Made by a program: the position numbers and the translations under genes. 64,000 nt of DNA. Source: an uncultured Enterobacteriaceae bacterium (GTDB lineage Bacteria; Desulfobacterota; Binatia; Bin18). Every line of letters begins with the position of its first letter. Within the stretch, counting starts at the first letter, position 1. Positions 29,055 to 39,063 of the stretch are shown here, one piece after another. Where the stretch lies: positions 25,504-89,503 of the forward strand of contig CAYWPF010000025.1 of the NCBI GenBank assembly GCA_964460065.1. Reading direction: 5' to 3'. The notes under the pieces are model-generated. The model ran no database searches. It was not told where the DNA came from and saw only the letters and a list, made by a program, of their open reading frames with translations.

Positions 29055-30443
29055 CTAAGCATCCTCATTGTAAAGGAACTCCGGGGCTTCGGAAAATGCC
29101 AAGACGTCCTCGCACCATGCGCCGACCTTTAGTAATTGTGGCTCGGCGAACGTGCCGGCCATGAGCTGTAGACCAAAGGGGAGGCCAGATTCGCTAACGC
29201 CCGACGGCAATCCGAGGCTTGGCAGACCCGAAAATGTTGCCGGACCGTTAAAACTAGGGTCTCCTGTTGTTGCAAAGCCTTTTGGAGCCGGAGCCGGGGT
29301 TGCCGGTGTGACTAGTGCGTCTACTGGATCACATAGAGTATTCATCTCCTGCCTGAACCGTTGCTGGTGGAGTTGGGTTGCCAGATACTCGACTGCCGTA
29401 ATCTTCCGACCGCTTTCAATTAGATTTTGCATTTGAGGACTGTATTCCTGCTTATGTCGTTCATAGTTTTTCGTGTGGGAGAAAGCGGACTCCACGAACA
29501 TCATGTCAAAATGGGCCTGGGGAGCGCGTTCGAAGCTTGTGGGCAGAGATAGGTCTATTAGGCTTGCGCCCGCCTGTTTCAGTCTGTCTAAAGTGGTCAG
29601 GAAATTGTTTTGCGTTTCCAGGCTGGCGTTTTCTAAAAAGAATTCACGCAGTATTCCCAGCTTGGGTGGGCGCAAATTATGCAGTGCCCGGCTGTAGTCA
29701 GGCACCTCCTGTGCCGACGAAGCGGGATCTTCGGCATCTTCTCCGGCTAGTATCTGCAAGAGCAAGGCCGAATCTGCCACGGATCGAGAGAAGAGACCCA
29801 CATGGTCGAGGCTTCCGGCCAGTGGATAGACGCCGTAGGTACTTATACGGCCGAAAGTCGGCTTAAAACCAACGCAACCACAGTATGAGGCTGGCCGTAT
29901 GGTGGAACCATACGTTTGAGATCCGAGGGCGCCGAAACACATCTGGCCGGACACGGCTGCCGCGGAGCCACTGCTTGAACCGCCCGGTGTGTAACGTAGA
30001 TTCCAGGGATTCCGTGTCGGGGACGGAGCAAGTGCGGCGAATTCGGTCGTGTGGGTTTTTCCTATTATGATAGCGCCGGCCTGTTTAAGCAGACGAATAG
30101 TAGTGGCATCATACGTGGGGACATAGTCACTATAGATGCTGGAACCCATACCGGTCGCTATGCCTTCGGTAAAGAAGATGTCCTTGATGCCGACGGGTAT
30201 TCCATGGAGGGGGCCTCGGTAGTGACCCTCCTTAATCTCCTTCTCCGCATTGGCAGCTGCAAGTAACGCACCTTCGTAATCGATTGTTACCCACGCCTGA
30301 AGTTTTGGGTCTATTTCAGCAATTCGGTCCGAACATGCCCGGAACAGTGAGGTAGGAGACAGATCCAACTCGCGAATTCGTTTGGCCGCCGACGTTATCG
30401 TTAGAGTATGTAACTGGGTCATTAACCACTTCCTCGTTAGCAA
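29055..30443 (-). CDS. Amidase (amidase-signature family, second paralogue)
   Basis: 462 aa. AS signature GGSSSGSAAAV. Confidence 0.85.
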   Translation of the reverse strand: MLTRKWLMTQLHTLTITSAAKRIRELDLSPTSLFRACSDRIAEIDPKLQAWVTIDYEGALLAAANAEKEIKEGHYRGPLHGIPVGIKDIFFTEGIATGMGSSIYSDYVPTYDATTIRLLKQAGAIIIGKTHTTEFAALAPSPTRNPWNLRYTPGGSSSGSAAAVSGQMCFGALGSQTYGSTIRPASYCGCVGFKPTFGRISTYGVYPLAGSLDHVGLFSRSVADSALLLQILAGEDAEDPASSAQEVPDYSRALHNLRPPKLGILREFFLENASLETQNNFLTTLDRLKQAGASLIDLSLPTSFERAPQAHFDMMFVESAFSHTKNYERHKQEYSPQMQNLIESGRKITAVEYLATQLHQQRFRQEMNTLCDPVDALVTPATPAPAPKGFATTGDPSFNGPATFSGLPSLGLPSGVSESGLPFGLQLMAGTFAEPQLLKVGAWCEDVLAFSEAPEFLYNEDA

Positions 30444-30472
30444 CTTCGTATAGTATTTACCATTCTTAGGAG

Positions 30473-30931
30473 TTAGTCCGTGACCAATTCGTCCAGCTGT
30501 ACGAGTATCCCGTCGGGGTCACGGAGAAAGGCACTGTGGAAATTTCCCTCGGGTGTCTTGGTCACCGTTGGCGCGACGACAAATTGTACACCTTTAGCTT
30601 TTAGCTCCTGATAGACCGCAGGCAAATCTTTCACCCATAGGGCGTAATGATGGATACCAATTTGATCGAGTCTAATTGCCTCGCCCTCGACTGGTTTGTC
30701 GGAATGTTCTGACAATACTAAGAAGGCCGCGCCGGGGCGTGTGTCCCAGTACAAGGTGGCAACCCGGCGTTCAGCGTGTTCTTCTTTGTAAAGCGCTGGT
30801 AACACAGTTCCCTGCGTGCTTTGTAGTTCATCACGGACGACGCTAAAACCGAGCATGTCCCGATAGAAAGCTAGTGATATGTCAATATTACGGACACCGA
30901 GCGCTATGTGGGATACGCCGTTGGTTATCAT
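30473..30931 (-). CDS. VOC-family protein (glyoxalase-like, second copy)
   Basis: 152 aa. VSHIALGVRNIDISLAFYRDMLGF. Confidence 0.7.
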   Translation of the reverse strand: MITNGVSHIALGVRNIDISLAFYRDMLGFSVVRDELQSTQGTVLPALYKEEHAERRVATLYWDTRPGAAFLVLSEHSDKPVEGEAIRLDQIGIHHYALWVKDLPAVYQELKAKGVQFVVAPTVTKTPEGNFHSAFLRDPDGILVQLDELVTD

Positions 30932-31195
30932 GATGTGTACCTCCTTGAGTTTCTGTCTGCCATTCGCAGGGTGGAGAAGTCAAGCATTCTATTTGGCGCC
31001 GGCTTGAATGCGGGGGCTCGCGAGGGCGGGGATTGCCTATGCCACTTCTCTAATTGAAATACCGCTGTTATGTAGGGGTAAAATTTAACCGGCGGGTTCC
31101 CCGGGAATGTGCGATCCTGTGCTGGATCTCTAGGTGACCAATGCTCGTTCGGACGATTTTTCTGAACGTAGGCTCGCTGCCCGGCGACTTTGTGA

Positions 31196-32998
31196 TTGAG
31201 AGGATCGGGCATGAAAGGATCCGAAAATAAAGCTGACGGCATACGGTGGGATTTAGGTGACCTATATGGCGGCATAGAAGACCCGAAGATCCGGGAGGAC
31301 CTCGCTGCGGGCTCCCGGCGCGCTCTAAAGTTTGCTGACACATATCGTGAAAGAGTAGAAACCAAGACGATGACCGGAGAAGCTTTCGGTCAAGCATTGG
31401 TTGAATATGAGGCGATTATTGAATCATTTCAAAAACCGCTCTTCTACGCCTCACTGTGTTTTGCTGCCGACACGCAGGATCTACAAGTTCAAGATTTATT
31501 GCAGATTGCGCGTGAACGCACGACCGAAATAGAAAAGCAGCTGGTCTTCTTCTCATTGGGGCTGATCGCGTTAACCGATGATTCTTTGGCGGTCTTACTG
31601 CAGACCCCCAACGTCGCAAAATACAGGCATTATCTGCAGGTAGTCCGACAGTCTAAAGCGTACATGCTGAGCGAGAAAGAGGAACAGTTGCTGAAGGAGA
31701 AGGATTTGTCTGGGAGACAAGCATTTGTACAGTTGTACGATCAACTGGCAGGCTCGCTGACATTCCCGGTGACGGTCGCAGGCGAGTCGATGGTGCTGAA
31801 CGACAGTGAGATATTGGCATTACAGCGGCATCCGAACGGTGAGGTGCGAGAGCATGCACAAAACGTGTTTTTAGGTACCTATGCCAAACATTCACTCGTA
31901 TTTACGTCTATATTTAATAACTTGCTGTTAGATCATAAGATCGAATCGCAGCAACGCGGGTACGAAGACGCCACCGTTCCTACGCATCTGTCAAACGAAG
32001 TCGCGAGAGTTACTGTTGACGCCATGATGGATGCTGTTGAGCGCCACTATCCACTTGTACAACGGTATTTTCGATTGAAGGCGCGGCTTCTCGGCAAGGA
32101 ACGACTCAAGATTACAGACCTGTTTGCGCCTGTCCGGAAAGTCGGGAAAGTGATCCCGTTTAAAGAAGCGGTCAACACAATCGTTACGGCGTTCAATGAC
32201 TTTAGCGGAGAATTTGGGGCCATTGCCGCAACATTTTTCGACGGACAATGGGTTGATGCTGAGGTGCGGTCGGGGAAAAGAGGCGGGGCGTTTTGCGCTG
32301 CTCTCTCTCCGGCTCACCATCCTTACGTGTTGTGTAGTTATAACGGTACCGAGCGGGATGTGGCGACGCTAGCTCATGAACTAGGTCACGGCGTTCATTA
32401 TATGTTAGCCAGGAAGCAGCGATTGCTGCACTATGACGCGCCGCTTGTACTGGGGGAAACGGCATCGGTATTCGCCGAGCTTCTTCTCATACAGTACCGC
32501 CTTAAACGGATTGGGGGTGCGGATGCGCGGAAGGTGTTGTCCTGCCAGGTAATGGAAGAGATGTACGGTACTGTATTCAGGCAGACGGCGTTAACGCGCT
32601 TTGAAATTGCCGCCCATGAGAAACGAAAAACGGGGCAGCTAAGTTCGGACGACTTGTCTGAACTGTGGTTGGGTGAACAGGCGAAGATGTTTGGCGACAG
32701 CGTGGAATTGTTGCCTATCTATCGTTGGGGATGGATCTATATCCCCCATTTTATCCATAGTCGATTCTATTGTTATTCTTACCCTTTCGGCGAGCTGCTC
32801 ACGCTCGCGCTTTTTCAACGTTACCTTGATCAGGGTGAGGCTTTCCTGCCAGCGTACATCCGGCTTTTGGAGAATGGGGGGTCGGAGCGTCCGGAGGTGG
32901 CGCTCGCAGGTATAGGGATTGATATAAATGATCCGGACTTCTGGGACCAGGGCTTTAAGGTCATGCAGGGGTTCTTCGCGGATCTCGATGGGATTTAG
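31196..32998 (+). CDS. pepF: Oligoendopeptidase F (M3 family metallopeptidase)
   Basis: 600 aa. HELGHGVH zinc-binding motif. PepF-like length. The start may instead be the second ATG at 31211. Confidence 0.85.
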   Translation: MRGSGMKGSENKADGIRWDLGDLYGGIEDPKIREDLAAGSRRALKFADTYRERVETKTMTGEAFGQALVEYEAIIESFQKPLFYASLCFAADTQDLQVQDLLQIARERTTEIEKQLVFFSLGLIALTDDSLAVLLQTPNVAKYRHYLQVVRQSKAYMLSEKEEQLLKEKDLSGRQAFVQLYDQLAGSLTFPVTVAGESMVLNDSEILALQRHPNGEVREHAQNVFLGTYAKHSLVFTSIFNNLLLDHKIESQQRGYEDATVPTHLSNEVARVTVDAMMDAVERHYPLVQRYFRLKARLLGKERLKITDLFAPVRKVGKVIPFKEAVNTIVTAFNDFSGEFGAIAATFFDGQWVDAEVRSGKRGGAFCAALSPAHHPYVLCSYNGTERDVATLAHELGHGVHYMLARKQRLLHYDAPLVLGETASVFAELLLIQYRLKRIGGADARKVLSCQVMEEMYGTVFRQTALTRFEIAAHEKRKTGQLSSDDLSELWLGEQAKMFGDSVELLPIYRWGWIYIPHFIHSRFYCYSYPFGELLTLALFQRYLDQGEAFLPAYIRLLENGGSERPEVALAGIGIDINDPDFWDQGFKVMQGFFADLDGI

Positions 32999-33010
32999 TA
33001 GGGTAGAAAT

Positions 33011-33613
33011 ATGTACGCTCGCATATTGCCGATCCGGTGTCATCCAGAACATTCGCAGGACTTCTTGTCCGTCTACAAAACGGGGGTCTTGCCTAAGTTG
33101 GTTGTTTCGCAGGGCTTCGCTGGGGCATCCCTAATCGCGGATTCTGAAGCCCGTACGGGGTTCCTTCTCAGTTTGTGGACCGGATCAGATACCTTGAAGG
33201 GTTCGGAAATGGAGTCGCGAAAAATGATCGCGTCAATGCTCTTGCCCTTTCTGATGGAATCTCCGACCCCACAAAGTTGTGAGGTCCTCGTATCGGCAGG
33301 GCAACGCGTTGGAGCGCCCTTCGCACGCGCGATCACACTGCCTATTCCTAACGAGCATTTAGAATCTGCCCGATCGGTTTACGAAAAAGAGTACCTGCCG
33401 CTGTTGAAGCGGCAGAAGGGGTTCTGGGGTGTGATCTGGTTAGTAGATCGCTCTTGCGACCAAGGGTGGGGAATCAGTTTTTGGGATACCAAGCAACATA
33501 TGATAAATGCGGACAAAAATAACGGATTTTTCCCGAAGGTGTTGGGCAGGCTCGCCCAATATTTTTCGTCTTCACCCGTTCGAGGCTATCATAAGGTACT
33601 CTCGCAGGTTTAA
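33011..33613 (+). CDS. Hypothetical protein with an internal tandem duplication (ABM/Dabb-like ferredoxin-fold halves?)
   Basis: 200 aa. The two halves align (ARILPIRCHPEH..SVYKTGVLP vs ARAITLPIPNEH..SVYEKEYLP). It starts 13 bp after pepF. Confidence 0.4.
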   Translation: MYARILPIRCHPEHSQDFLSVYKTGVLPKLVVSQGFAGASLIADSEARTGFLLSLWTGSDTLKGSEMESRKMIASMLLPFLMESPTPQSCEVLVSAGQRVGAPFARAITLPIPNEHLESARSVYEKEYLPLLKRQKGFWGVIWLVDRSCDQGWGISFWDTKQHMINADKNNGFFPKVLGRLAQYFSSSPVRGYHKVLSQV

Positions 33614-33621
33614 GGAGTCAG

Positions 33622-34959
33622 TTAGACGAGTTGCGTTTTTGCGCGGAGATCGCGGGCCAACGTTTGTCCTGTCAGCCAAAAAAAGACCGCCGATAGAAGG
33701 CTTGTCGTGACCGCTACGCCGAGCAATGAGTAGCGGATCGCGTCTGGCGTTCCGATCAGGTCATTGAGGATCCCAACTGTCTGTGGGCCAGCGCCGAGCC
33801 CGATCATCGTGAGTATGAAAATAAAAACCGCAGAGGCTGTCGCTCGCATCCTTGCCGGTGCTAGGTCCTGTACGATAGCGGTCGAGGGACCGAGCCACAT
33901 CGTACCGAAGACATTGGCCGGGAAGAAACAGAGCAGGGCAAGTGTCGTGTCGGTCGCTGTCAACGTCCCAACAATGAAAGGGATAGAGCATGTTGCGCCG
34001 AAAAGGCTTATGTGTGCGCGTGCGTTGGGGTGGCGCTTGGACCAGACATCCGCGATCCACCCACCCGAGAAAGCACCTATGGCCCCGCCAAGGCCAGTGA
34101 TCCAAGATAACCACAGCCCGAGTTCTGTCGTCGTCATGCCGTGGACCCTTATAAAAAACGCTGGGATCCAAGCCCCCAATCCGTACCCTACGAAGGCCTG
34201 GAAAGCGCCAGCCAAGCTAATCATGCGCCCACTCGGTAGTCGAGTCAGAAACTGCCAAGTCTCTGAAAGCGTGAATTCGCGTGTTTTATCGGTTGCTTGA
34301 TCGCTCAGGCCCCGGGGTGGTTCGCGAATAGTGAAGCGCACTACGAGGGCCATTAAGACTCCCGGTAACCCTATTACCATAAACGCGGCTCTCCAGCCGA
34401 AGGCGGCATTGATCCAACCGCCCAACCAAAAACCCAATCCGATGCCGGTATAAATTCCGCATGCGTAAATGGAAAGAACGGTAGCCCGTTTCTCGGGTGG
34501 GAAATAATCCGAGAGTATTGAGTGAGCAGGCGGGGTGCATCCGGCTTCCCCAATCCCGACGCCAACCCGGGCCAGCGCGAGATCAGTAAAGTTGCGTGCC
34601 AGTCCTGACGCAGCCGTCATGAGGCTCCAGGTTGCGATGCTGATGGCGATCAGAGACCTTCTGACCCAGGTATCGGCAACACGGGCAAGAGGTAGTCCAG
34701 CGATCGAATAGAAAATCGCAAAAGCGAACCCCGTCAAGAACCCCATCGCCGTATCGGAAACCTCGAGTTCTTCTTTGATTGGTTGTAGTAAGATTGAAAG
34801 GATCTGCCTATCAATAAAGTTGAAGACGTAAACGAGGAAGAGGATACCTAAGACATAATAAGCATAGGGGCCGCCCGGCTGCAGCTGTGGATTAGACCCT
34901 TGCGGGTGTGCGGATGCACTGGAAGACTTGGTGCGTGGTGAGGAAGTCGGGGTTTTCAT
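33622..34959 (-). CDS. MFS transporter (second)
   Basis: 445 aa with about 12 TM segments. MFS loop motif (LPLARVADTWVRR). Confidence 0.8.
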   Translation of the reverse strand: MKTPTSSPRTKSSSASAHPQGSNPQLQPGGPYAYYVLGILFLVYVFNFIDRQILSILLQPIKEELEVSDTAMGFLTGFAFAIFYSIAGLPLARVADTWVRRSLIAISIATWSLMTAASGLARNFTDLALARVGVGIGEAGCTPPAHSILSDYFPPEKRATVLSIYACGIYTGIGLGFWLGGWINAAFGWRAAFMVIGLPGVLMALVVRFTIREPPRGLSDQATDKTREFTLSETWQFLTRLPSGRMISLAGAFQAFVGYGLGAWIPAFFIRVHGMTTTELGLWLSWITGLGGAIGAFSGGWIADVWSKRHPNARAHISLFGATCSIPFIVGTLTATDTTLALLCFFPANVFGTMWLGPSTAIVQDLAPARMRATASAVFIFILTMIGLGAGPQTVGILNDLIGTPDAIRYSLLGVAVTTSLLSAVFFWLTGQTLARDLRAKTQLV

Positions 34960-35039
34960 AGAACCTACAGTGAAAACATGATCGTTTTGGTGCTACAGGC
35001 ACTTAATTGTCAAGGACTTTTCTACAGGTGTTTGCCAGG

Positions 35040-36023
35040 CTATTCCCCGAAGGTGTTGACCATCATATGAAGGTCCTCTCCCGTAAGTTGGCTTGTGGGA
35101 GGTGCGGAGACTATTGGTTCGTCGACGCCTGCTGCGATGAAGTCGTCTAGTTGGGACCGACAGTCGTCGGGTGCTCCAAAAACAAAGAGTTCCTGGACCA
35201 TGGTGTCGGGGATCGCCGCCTCTGCCCCGGCCCGGTCTCCGGCGTTCCATCTGTCATGGACTCGCTCGAGAATGTCAGCATAGCCGAATCGGCGAAACCC
35301 TTGGATGTAAGTGTTCGCTTGGCAATATCCTAATAAGACATGCCGTAGTTGATTTAGTGCTAGGTCGGTGTCCTCTTTAACTAGCGTGTGAACGTAGCAA
35401 CCGATGCGGAGATCGCGGAGTGTGCGGCCCGCCCGGAGAGCACCCTTACTGATTTCCGCCAACGAATTTCGGATTTCTTTTGCTGGTAACCATGCGAGTA
35501 ATACCCCGTCGGCGATTTCTCCTGCCAACTGAAGCATCAGAGGATTGACTGCGGCAAGGTAAATAGGCATCGCCTGATTCAGTTTCAAACTGAGCCGAAA
35601 ACCTTGAGGGCAGTAGAACCCTTCGGTTCGTGTCACCCGCTGGTCGTCGAGTACGCCTTTCACGACTTCAACATATTCCCTTGTTCGTTCTATCGGATGG
35701 TCCCACTTGATCCCGTGGAAACGGTTAATATTTCGAGTACTGACTCCAATGCCCAGACGAGCTCGCCCTGGTCCTACGAGGTCCATCGTCGCCGCTTGCA
35801 TGGCTGCCAGGGTTGGCGGACGGAGATACATAGACATGATACCCGTCCCCACTTGTATCCGCTGGGTGCAGCTGAGAAAGGCCGATGCCATTGTTGCGGC
35901 CTCCGTCCCCCAGGCCTCGCCTAGCCAGAGCCCTTCAAAGCCTCGGTCCTCTGCCTTGAGGGCTACTTCTTTTAGTAGTGAAAAATCGTGCCCTATAGGT
36001 GGTAAACTTAGTGCAATGCGCAT
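35040..36023 (-). CDS. LLM-class flavin-dependent oxidoreductase (fourth paralogue)
   Basis: GFEGLWLGEAWG...GIGVS luciferase-like pattern. I trimmed the start to MRIAL. Confidence 0.75.
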   Translation of the reverse strand: MRIALSLPPIGHDFSLLKEVALKAEDRGFEGLWLGEAWGTEAATMASAFLSCTQRIQVGTGIMSMYLRPPTLAAMQAATMDLVGPGRARLGIGVSTRNINRFHGIKWDHPIERTREYVEVVKGVLDDQRVTRTEGFYCPQGFRLSLKLNQAMPIYLAAVNPLMLQLAGEIADGVLLAWLPAKEIRNSLAEISKGALRAGRTLRDLRIGCYVHTLVKEDTDLALNQLRHVLLGYCQANTYIQGFRRFGYADILERVHDRWNAGDRAGAEAAIPDTMVQELFVFGAPDDCRSQLDDFIAAGVDEPIVSAPPTSQLTGEDLHMMVNTFGE

Positions 36024-36047
36024 TTTGTGCTCCACAATTTTTGATGA

Positions 36048-38051
36048 TTATTCGGCCTCGTGTTCCTCCGCCAGCGCTGTCCATTCGGCATATTGTTCGC
36101 GAAGCGTCTCTTTCACGCGAGAATAGTCGGCATTTACTTGTCGAGCTTTCGCATGATCGCGGAATATTTGGTCGTCCGCGAGAGCTCCTTCGATAGTAGC
36201 CTTCTTTTCCTCTAAGTGCGCGATAGTCTGTTCAAGAATGGTCAGTCTTTTAGCTCGTTTGTGCCGTTCCGCCCGTTCCGCCTTTTGACGTTGATAGGAA
36301 TTTTGGCCATGTTTTGCCTGATGAATTGCTGCTAGAGCCCCCTGTATTCCCTCGTTGTTCGGAGGGCGTCCCCGGCTAGTCCGTTTCTGAGGGTTAGCTT
36401 CTAAACTATGTTGGGGCTCGGCTCTGTTGACGGTTTTCCAATCCAAGAACTCCTCGAACGTCCCGGGATAGATCGTGTATGATCCGTCTGCGAGTTCGAC
36501 AACTTTTGTGACGAGGCCTCTGAGGAAGTAGCGGTCGTGGGACACCACGACGAAAGTGCCGGTGTATTGAGTCAGTGCCTCTTTGAGAATATCTTTCGTT
36601 CGAATGTCAAGGTGATTGGTCGGTTCGTCGAGGACAAGCATGTTTGAACTTTGGAGCAGCATTTTTGCGAGGGCCAGCCGACTTTTTTCGCCCCCACTTA
36701 GAACACCTACCCGCTTGCCTACGTTATCCGCCGAGAAAAGAAAGGCGCCGAGTAATGTTCGAATTTGTGGGACTATTTCTGTAGCGGCGTTACTCAGCAC
36801 TTCTTCGTACACGGTGTTGCTGGGTTGAAGCCGCTCGGCCTGCTGCTGAGCATAGTAATCGAGTGTGACCTGATGGCCCAGTTGGCGTGTTCCTAGTGTT
36901 GGTGCCTCAATTCCAGCCAAGATACGGCTCAGCGTTGATTTGCCTGATCCGTTTACACCTACCAAGGCGATCCGGTCGCCCCGCTCGACAATAAGTTCTA
37001 GGTCCGTAAACACTTTATTGTTCCCGTAGCGCTTCTCTATCCCATTTAAAGTCAATACGCGTTTTCCGCTCCTTTTTGCCGTCGGAAAATGGAAATGAAC
37101 ATCTTTTGAAGATTGCGTTGGCGCATCGAGCTTTTTCATCTTTTCGAGTTGTTTTATCCGGCTTTGAACTTGTGGAGCCTTTCTTGCATTGTATCGAAAA
37201 GTATTAATAAATCGGGTCAGTCTTTGGATCTCGTCCTGTTGATTGTCATATGCCCTTTCATAGGCCAGTGCTTGGGCGGCGGCGGTTTTTTCAAAGGTTG
37301 AGTAATTCCCCACGTATTCCGTGATAGTTTGGTGTTGCAATAAAACTACTCTATTCACCAGTCGATCAAGGAAGGCTCGGTCGTGTGAAATTAACACGAT
37401 ACTCCCTCGGTACGTTCGCAGGTAAGACTCTAGCCAGACCAATGAATCTAAATCGAGGTGGTTAGTTGGCTCATCTAAAAGCAAAACGTCGGGTTGCTTT
37501 AGGAGCAGCTTGGCAAGTGCAATACGCATTTGCCACCCTCCGCTGAATGTCTCTGTCTGAGCCGTAAACTGTGCTTCGTGAAATCCGAGCCCGGAAAGAA
37601 TTTTTGCTATGGTGGCTTTGGTTTTGAATCCACCCAATTCTTCGATTCGTGTTTGGACATTGCCCAACCGCGAAATTAACTCGTCTTGAGTTTTGTCGCC
37701 GTCCTGTGGATTTATTTCCGACCCAAATATTTCTAGCTTCTCTTGGAGGAGGGCAAGTTCTTCTTGTAATGCGGTTAATTCTGGTAGGGCCGATTGGGCT
37801 TCCGAAAAGAGGTCACGGCCGGAAATTTGAATACCCTCCTGGGGCAGGTAGCCAATTTTTGTACCTTTCCCCAAATGTACGCTGCCTTCATCCGGCTCGA
37901 TCGTTTCGGTGAGAAGACGAAAGAGTGTTGTTTTCCCAGCTCCGTTAGGCCCCACAAGACCGACTCTATCACCCTGACGGATTTGCCAAGTAAGTCCTCG
38001 GAACAGGCTCTGGTCGCCGAAAGCGAGAGAAACATTTGTCAATTGGAGCAT
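36048..38051 (-). CDS. ABC-F family ATPase (Uup/YheS/EttA-like translation-associated, no TM domain)
   Basis: Two ABC cassettes, each with Walker A (GPNGAGKTT, GVNGSGKST) and a signature motif (LSGG). C-terminal coiled coil. I trimmed the start to MLQLTNVSL. Confidence 0.85.
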   Translation of the reverse strand: MLQLTNVSLAFGDQSLFRGLTWQIRQGDRVGLVGPNGAGKTTLFRLLTETIEPDEGSVHLGKGTKIGYLPQEGIQISGRDLFSEAQSALPELTALQEELALLQEKLEIFGSEINPQDGDKTQDELISRLGNVQTRIEELGGFKTKATIAKILSGLGFHEAQFTAQTETFSGGWQMRIALAKLLLKQPDVLLLDEPTNHLDLDSLVWLESYLRTYRGSIVLISHDRAFLDRLVNRVVLLQHQTITEYVGNYSTFEKTAAAQALAYERAYDNQQDEIQRLTRFINTFRYNARKAPQVQSRIKQLEKMKKLDAPTQSSKDVHFHFPTAKRSGKRVLTLNGIEKRYGNNKVFTDLELIVERGDRIALVGVNGSGKSTLSRILAGIEAPTLGTRQLGHQVTLDYYAQQQAERLQPSNTVYEEVLSNAATEIVPQIRTLLGAFLFSADNVGKRVGVLSGGEKSRLALAKMLLQSSNMLVLDEPTNHLDIRTKDILKEALTQYTGTFVVVSHDRYFLRGLVTKVVELADGSYTIYPGTFEEFLDWKTVNRAEPQHSLEANPQKRTSRGRPPNNEGIQGALAAIHQAKHGQNSYQRQKAERAERHKRAKRLTILEQTIAHLEEKKATIEGALADDQIFRDHAKARQVNADYSRVKETLREQYAEWTALAEEHEAE

Positions 38052-38170
38052 GGCTGTAGAAGTTAAAAAAACCTTATGAAGGTTGAGTTGAACACACTTT
38101 CCGGTAATCGCCCATGAGACAAGAACTTGTTTCCCACGCACCTGCTATTAGATCCCCCTTTGGGTGTCAA

Positions 38171-38992
38171 CTAATAACTCTCATCGTCCTGAATCAACAA
38201 GGATTCTCCTAGGCCTCTAATCAGCCAGCGGTGAATGTCTGCCACAACGGTTTTTGCTGCTGGACCGTTCAACAACCAATGTCCCTCATCCGCATACGTA
38301 CAATGGTCGGCACATAGGGAGCGTACCAGGTCCCGGGCTGCATGTGCAGGCACTAGCCGGTCCTCTCCTCCCGAAATAATGAGTAAAGGACATCGTAAAG
38401 GAACCCGTGGAAAATCTATTTTGGCGCGTGTTAGCTGTCGCACTAGACGCCCGGACTCCGGTTTTAGGCTGGGCCAAACACGTGTTTGTACCGCTTCCGG
38501 TTGGGAGTGGTAGAGATACCGGAGAGATAGCGAACGTGACGGCGGAGAATGAGGGCGGTTTCGCAGAAGCGAATACAGAGCGCCCAATCTTACCAATGGC
38601 GGTGTAGGTCGAAGATTGGATTGCCAACAGTAAGGAAATAGCGGCGAAATCCAAACTAACGCTCTGGGTGTTATATCAAGTGTAGCTAGCAGGCCGAATA
38701 GGCCACCCGCATCGAATCCTATGAGTACCGGAGAAGCATCGAAACCTCTGGTGACCTCCCGAACAGTTTGTAGGCGCTCCGAAAGGGGAGTGTTGCCAAT
38801 GTCGCTATCCGTTTGTTTTTTTGGAAAATCTATGGCCCAACTACTCCAACCTCGCTGACAAAAATACCAAGCCATCTCTTCCCAGATCCAACTTCCGCTC
38901 CACAGGCCGGGCACTAGAAGCAGGGGCGCGGTAAATTTCTCTCGTTCGGGAAAGGTGGTTTCTACGACGTGCTTGCCGATTTTTTGTCTCAT
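38171..38992 (-). CDS. Alpha/beta-hydrolase fold protein with Asp in the nucleophile elbow (GFDAGG)
   Basis: 273 aa. LLLVPGLWSGSWIWEE core strand. Gly-x-Asp-x-Gly elbow as in epoxide hydrolases and dehalogenases. Confidence 0.6.
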   Translation of the reverse strand: MRQKIGKHVVETTFPEREKFTAPLLLVPGLWSGSWIWEEMAWYFCQRGWSSWAIDFPKKQTDSDIGNTPLSERLQTVREVTRGFDASPVLIGFDAGGLFGLLATLDITPRALVWISPLFPYCWQSNLRPTPPLVRLGALYSLLRNRPHSPPSRSLSLRYLYHSQPEAVQTRVWPSLKPESGRLVRQLTRAKIDFPRVPLRCPLLIISGGEDRLVPAHAARDLVRSLCADHCTYADEGHWLLNGPAAKTVVADIHRWLIRGLGESLLIQDDESY

Positions 38993-39027
38993 ACAAAAGA
39001 AAGAAGGCCCTTGTTGGGCCTTCTTTC
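38988..39027 (-). terminator. Intrinsic terminator after the small basic gene, abutting the hydrolase start codon
   Basis: gaaagaaggccc-ttgtt-gggccttctttc is a 12-bp stem. On the minus strand it is followed by TCTTTTGTAT. Confidence 0.55.
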
Positions 39028-39063
39028 ACTGCGATCCTCCGCCTCTATGATTTTGTACCTACA

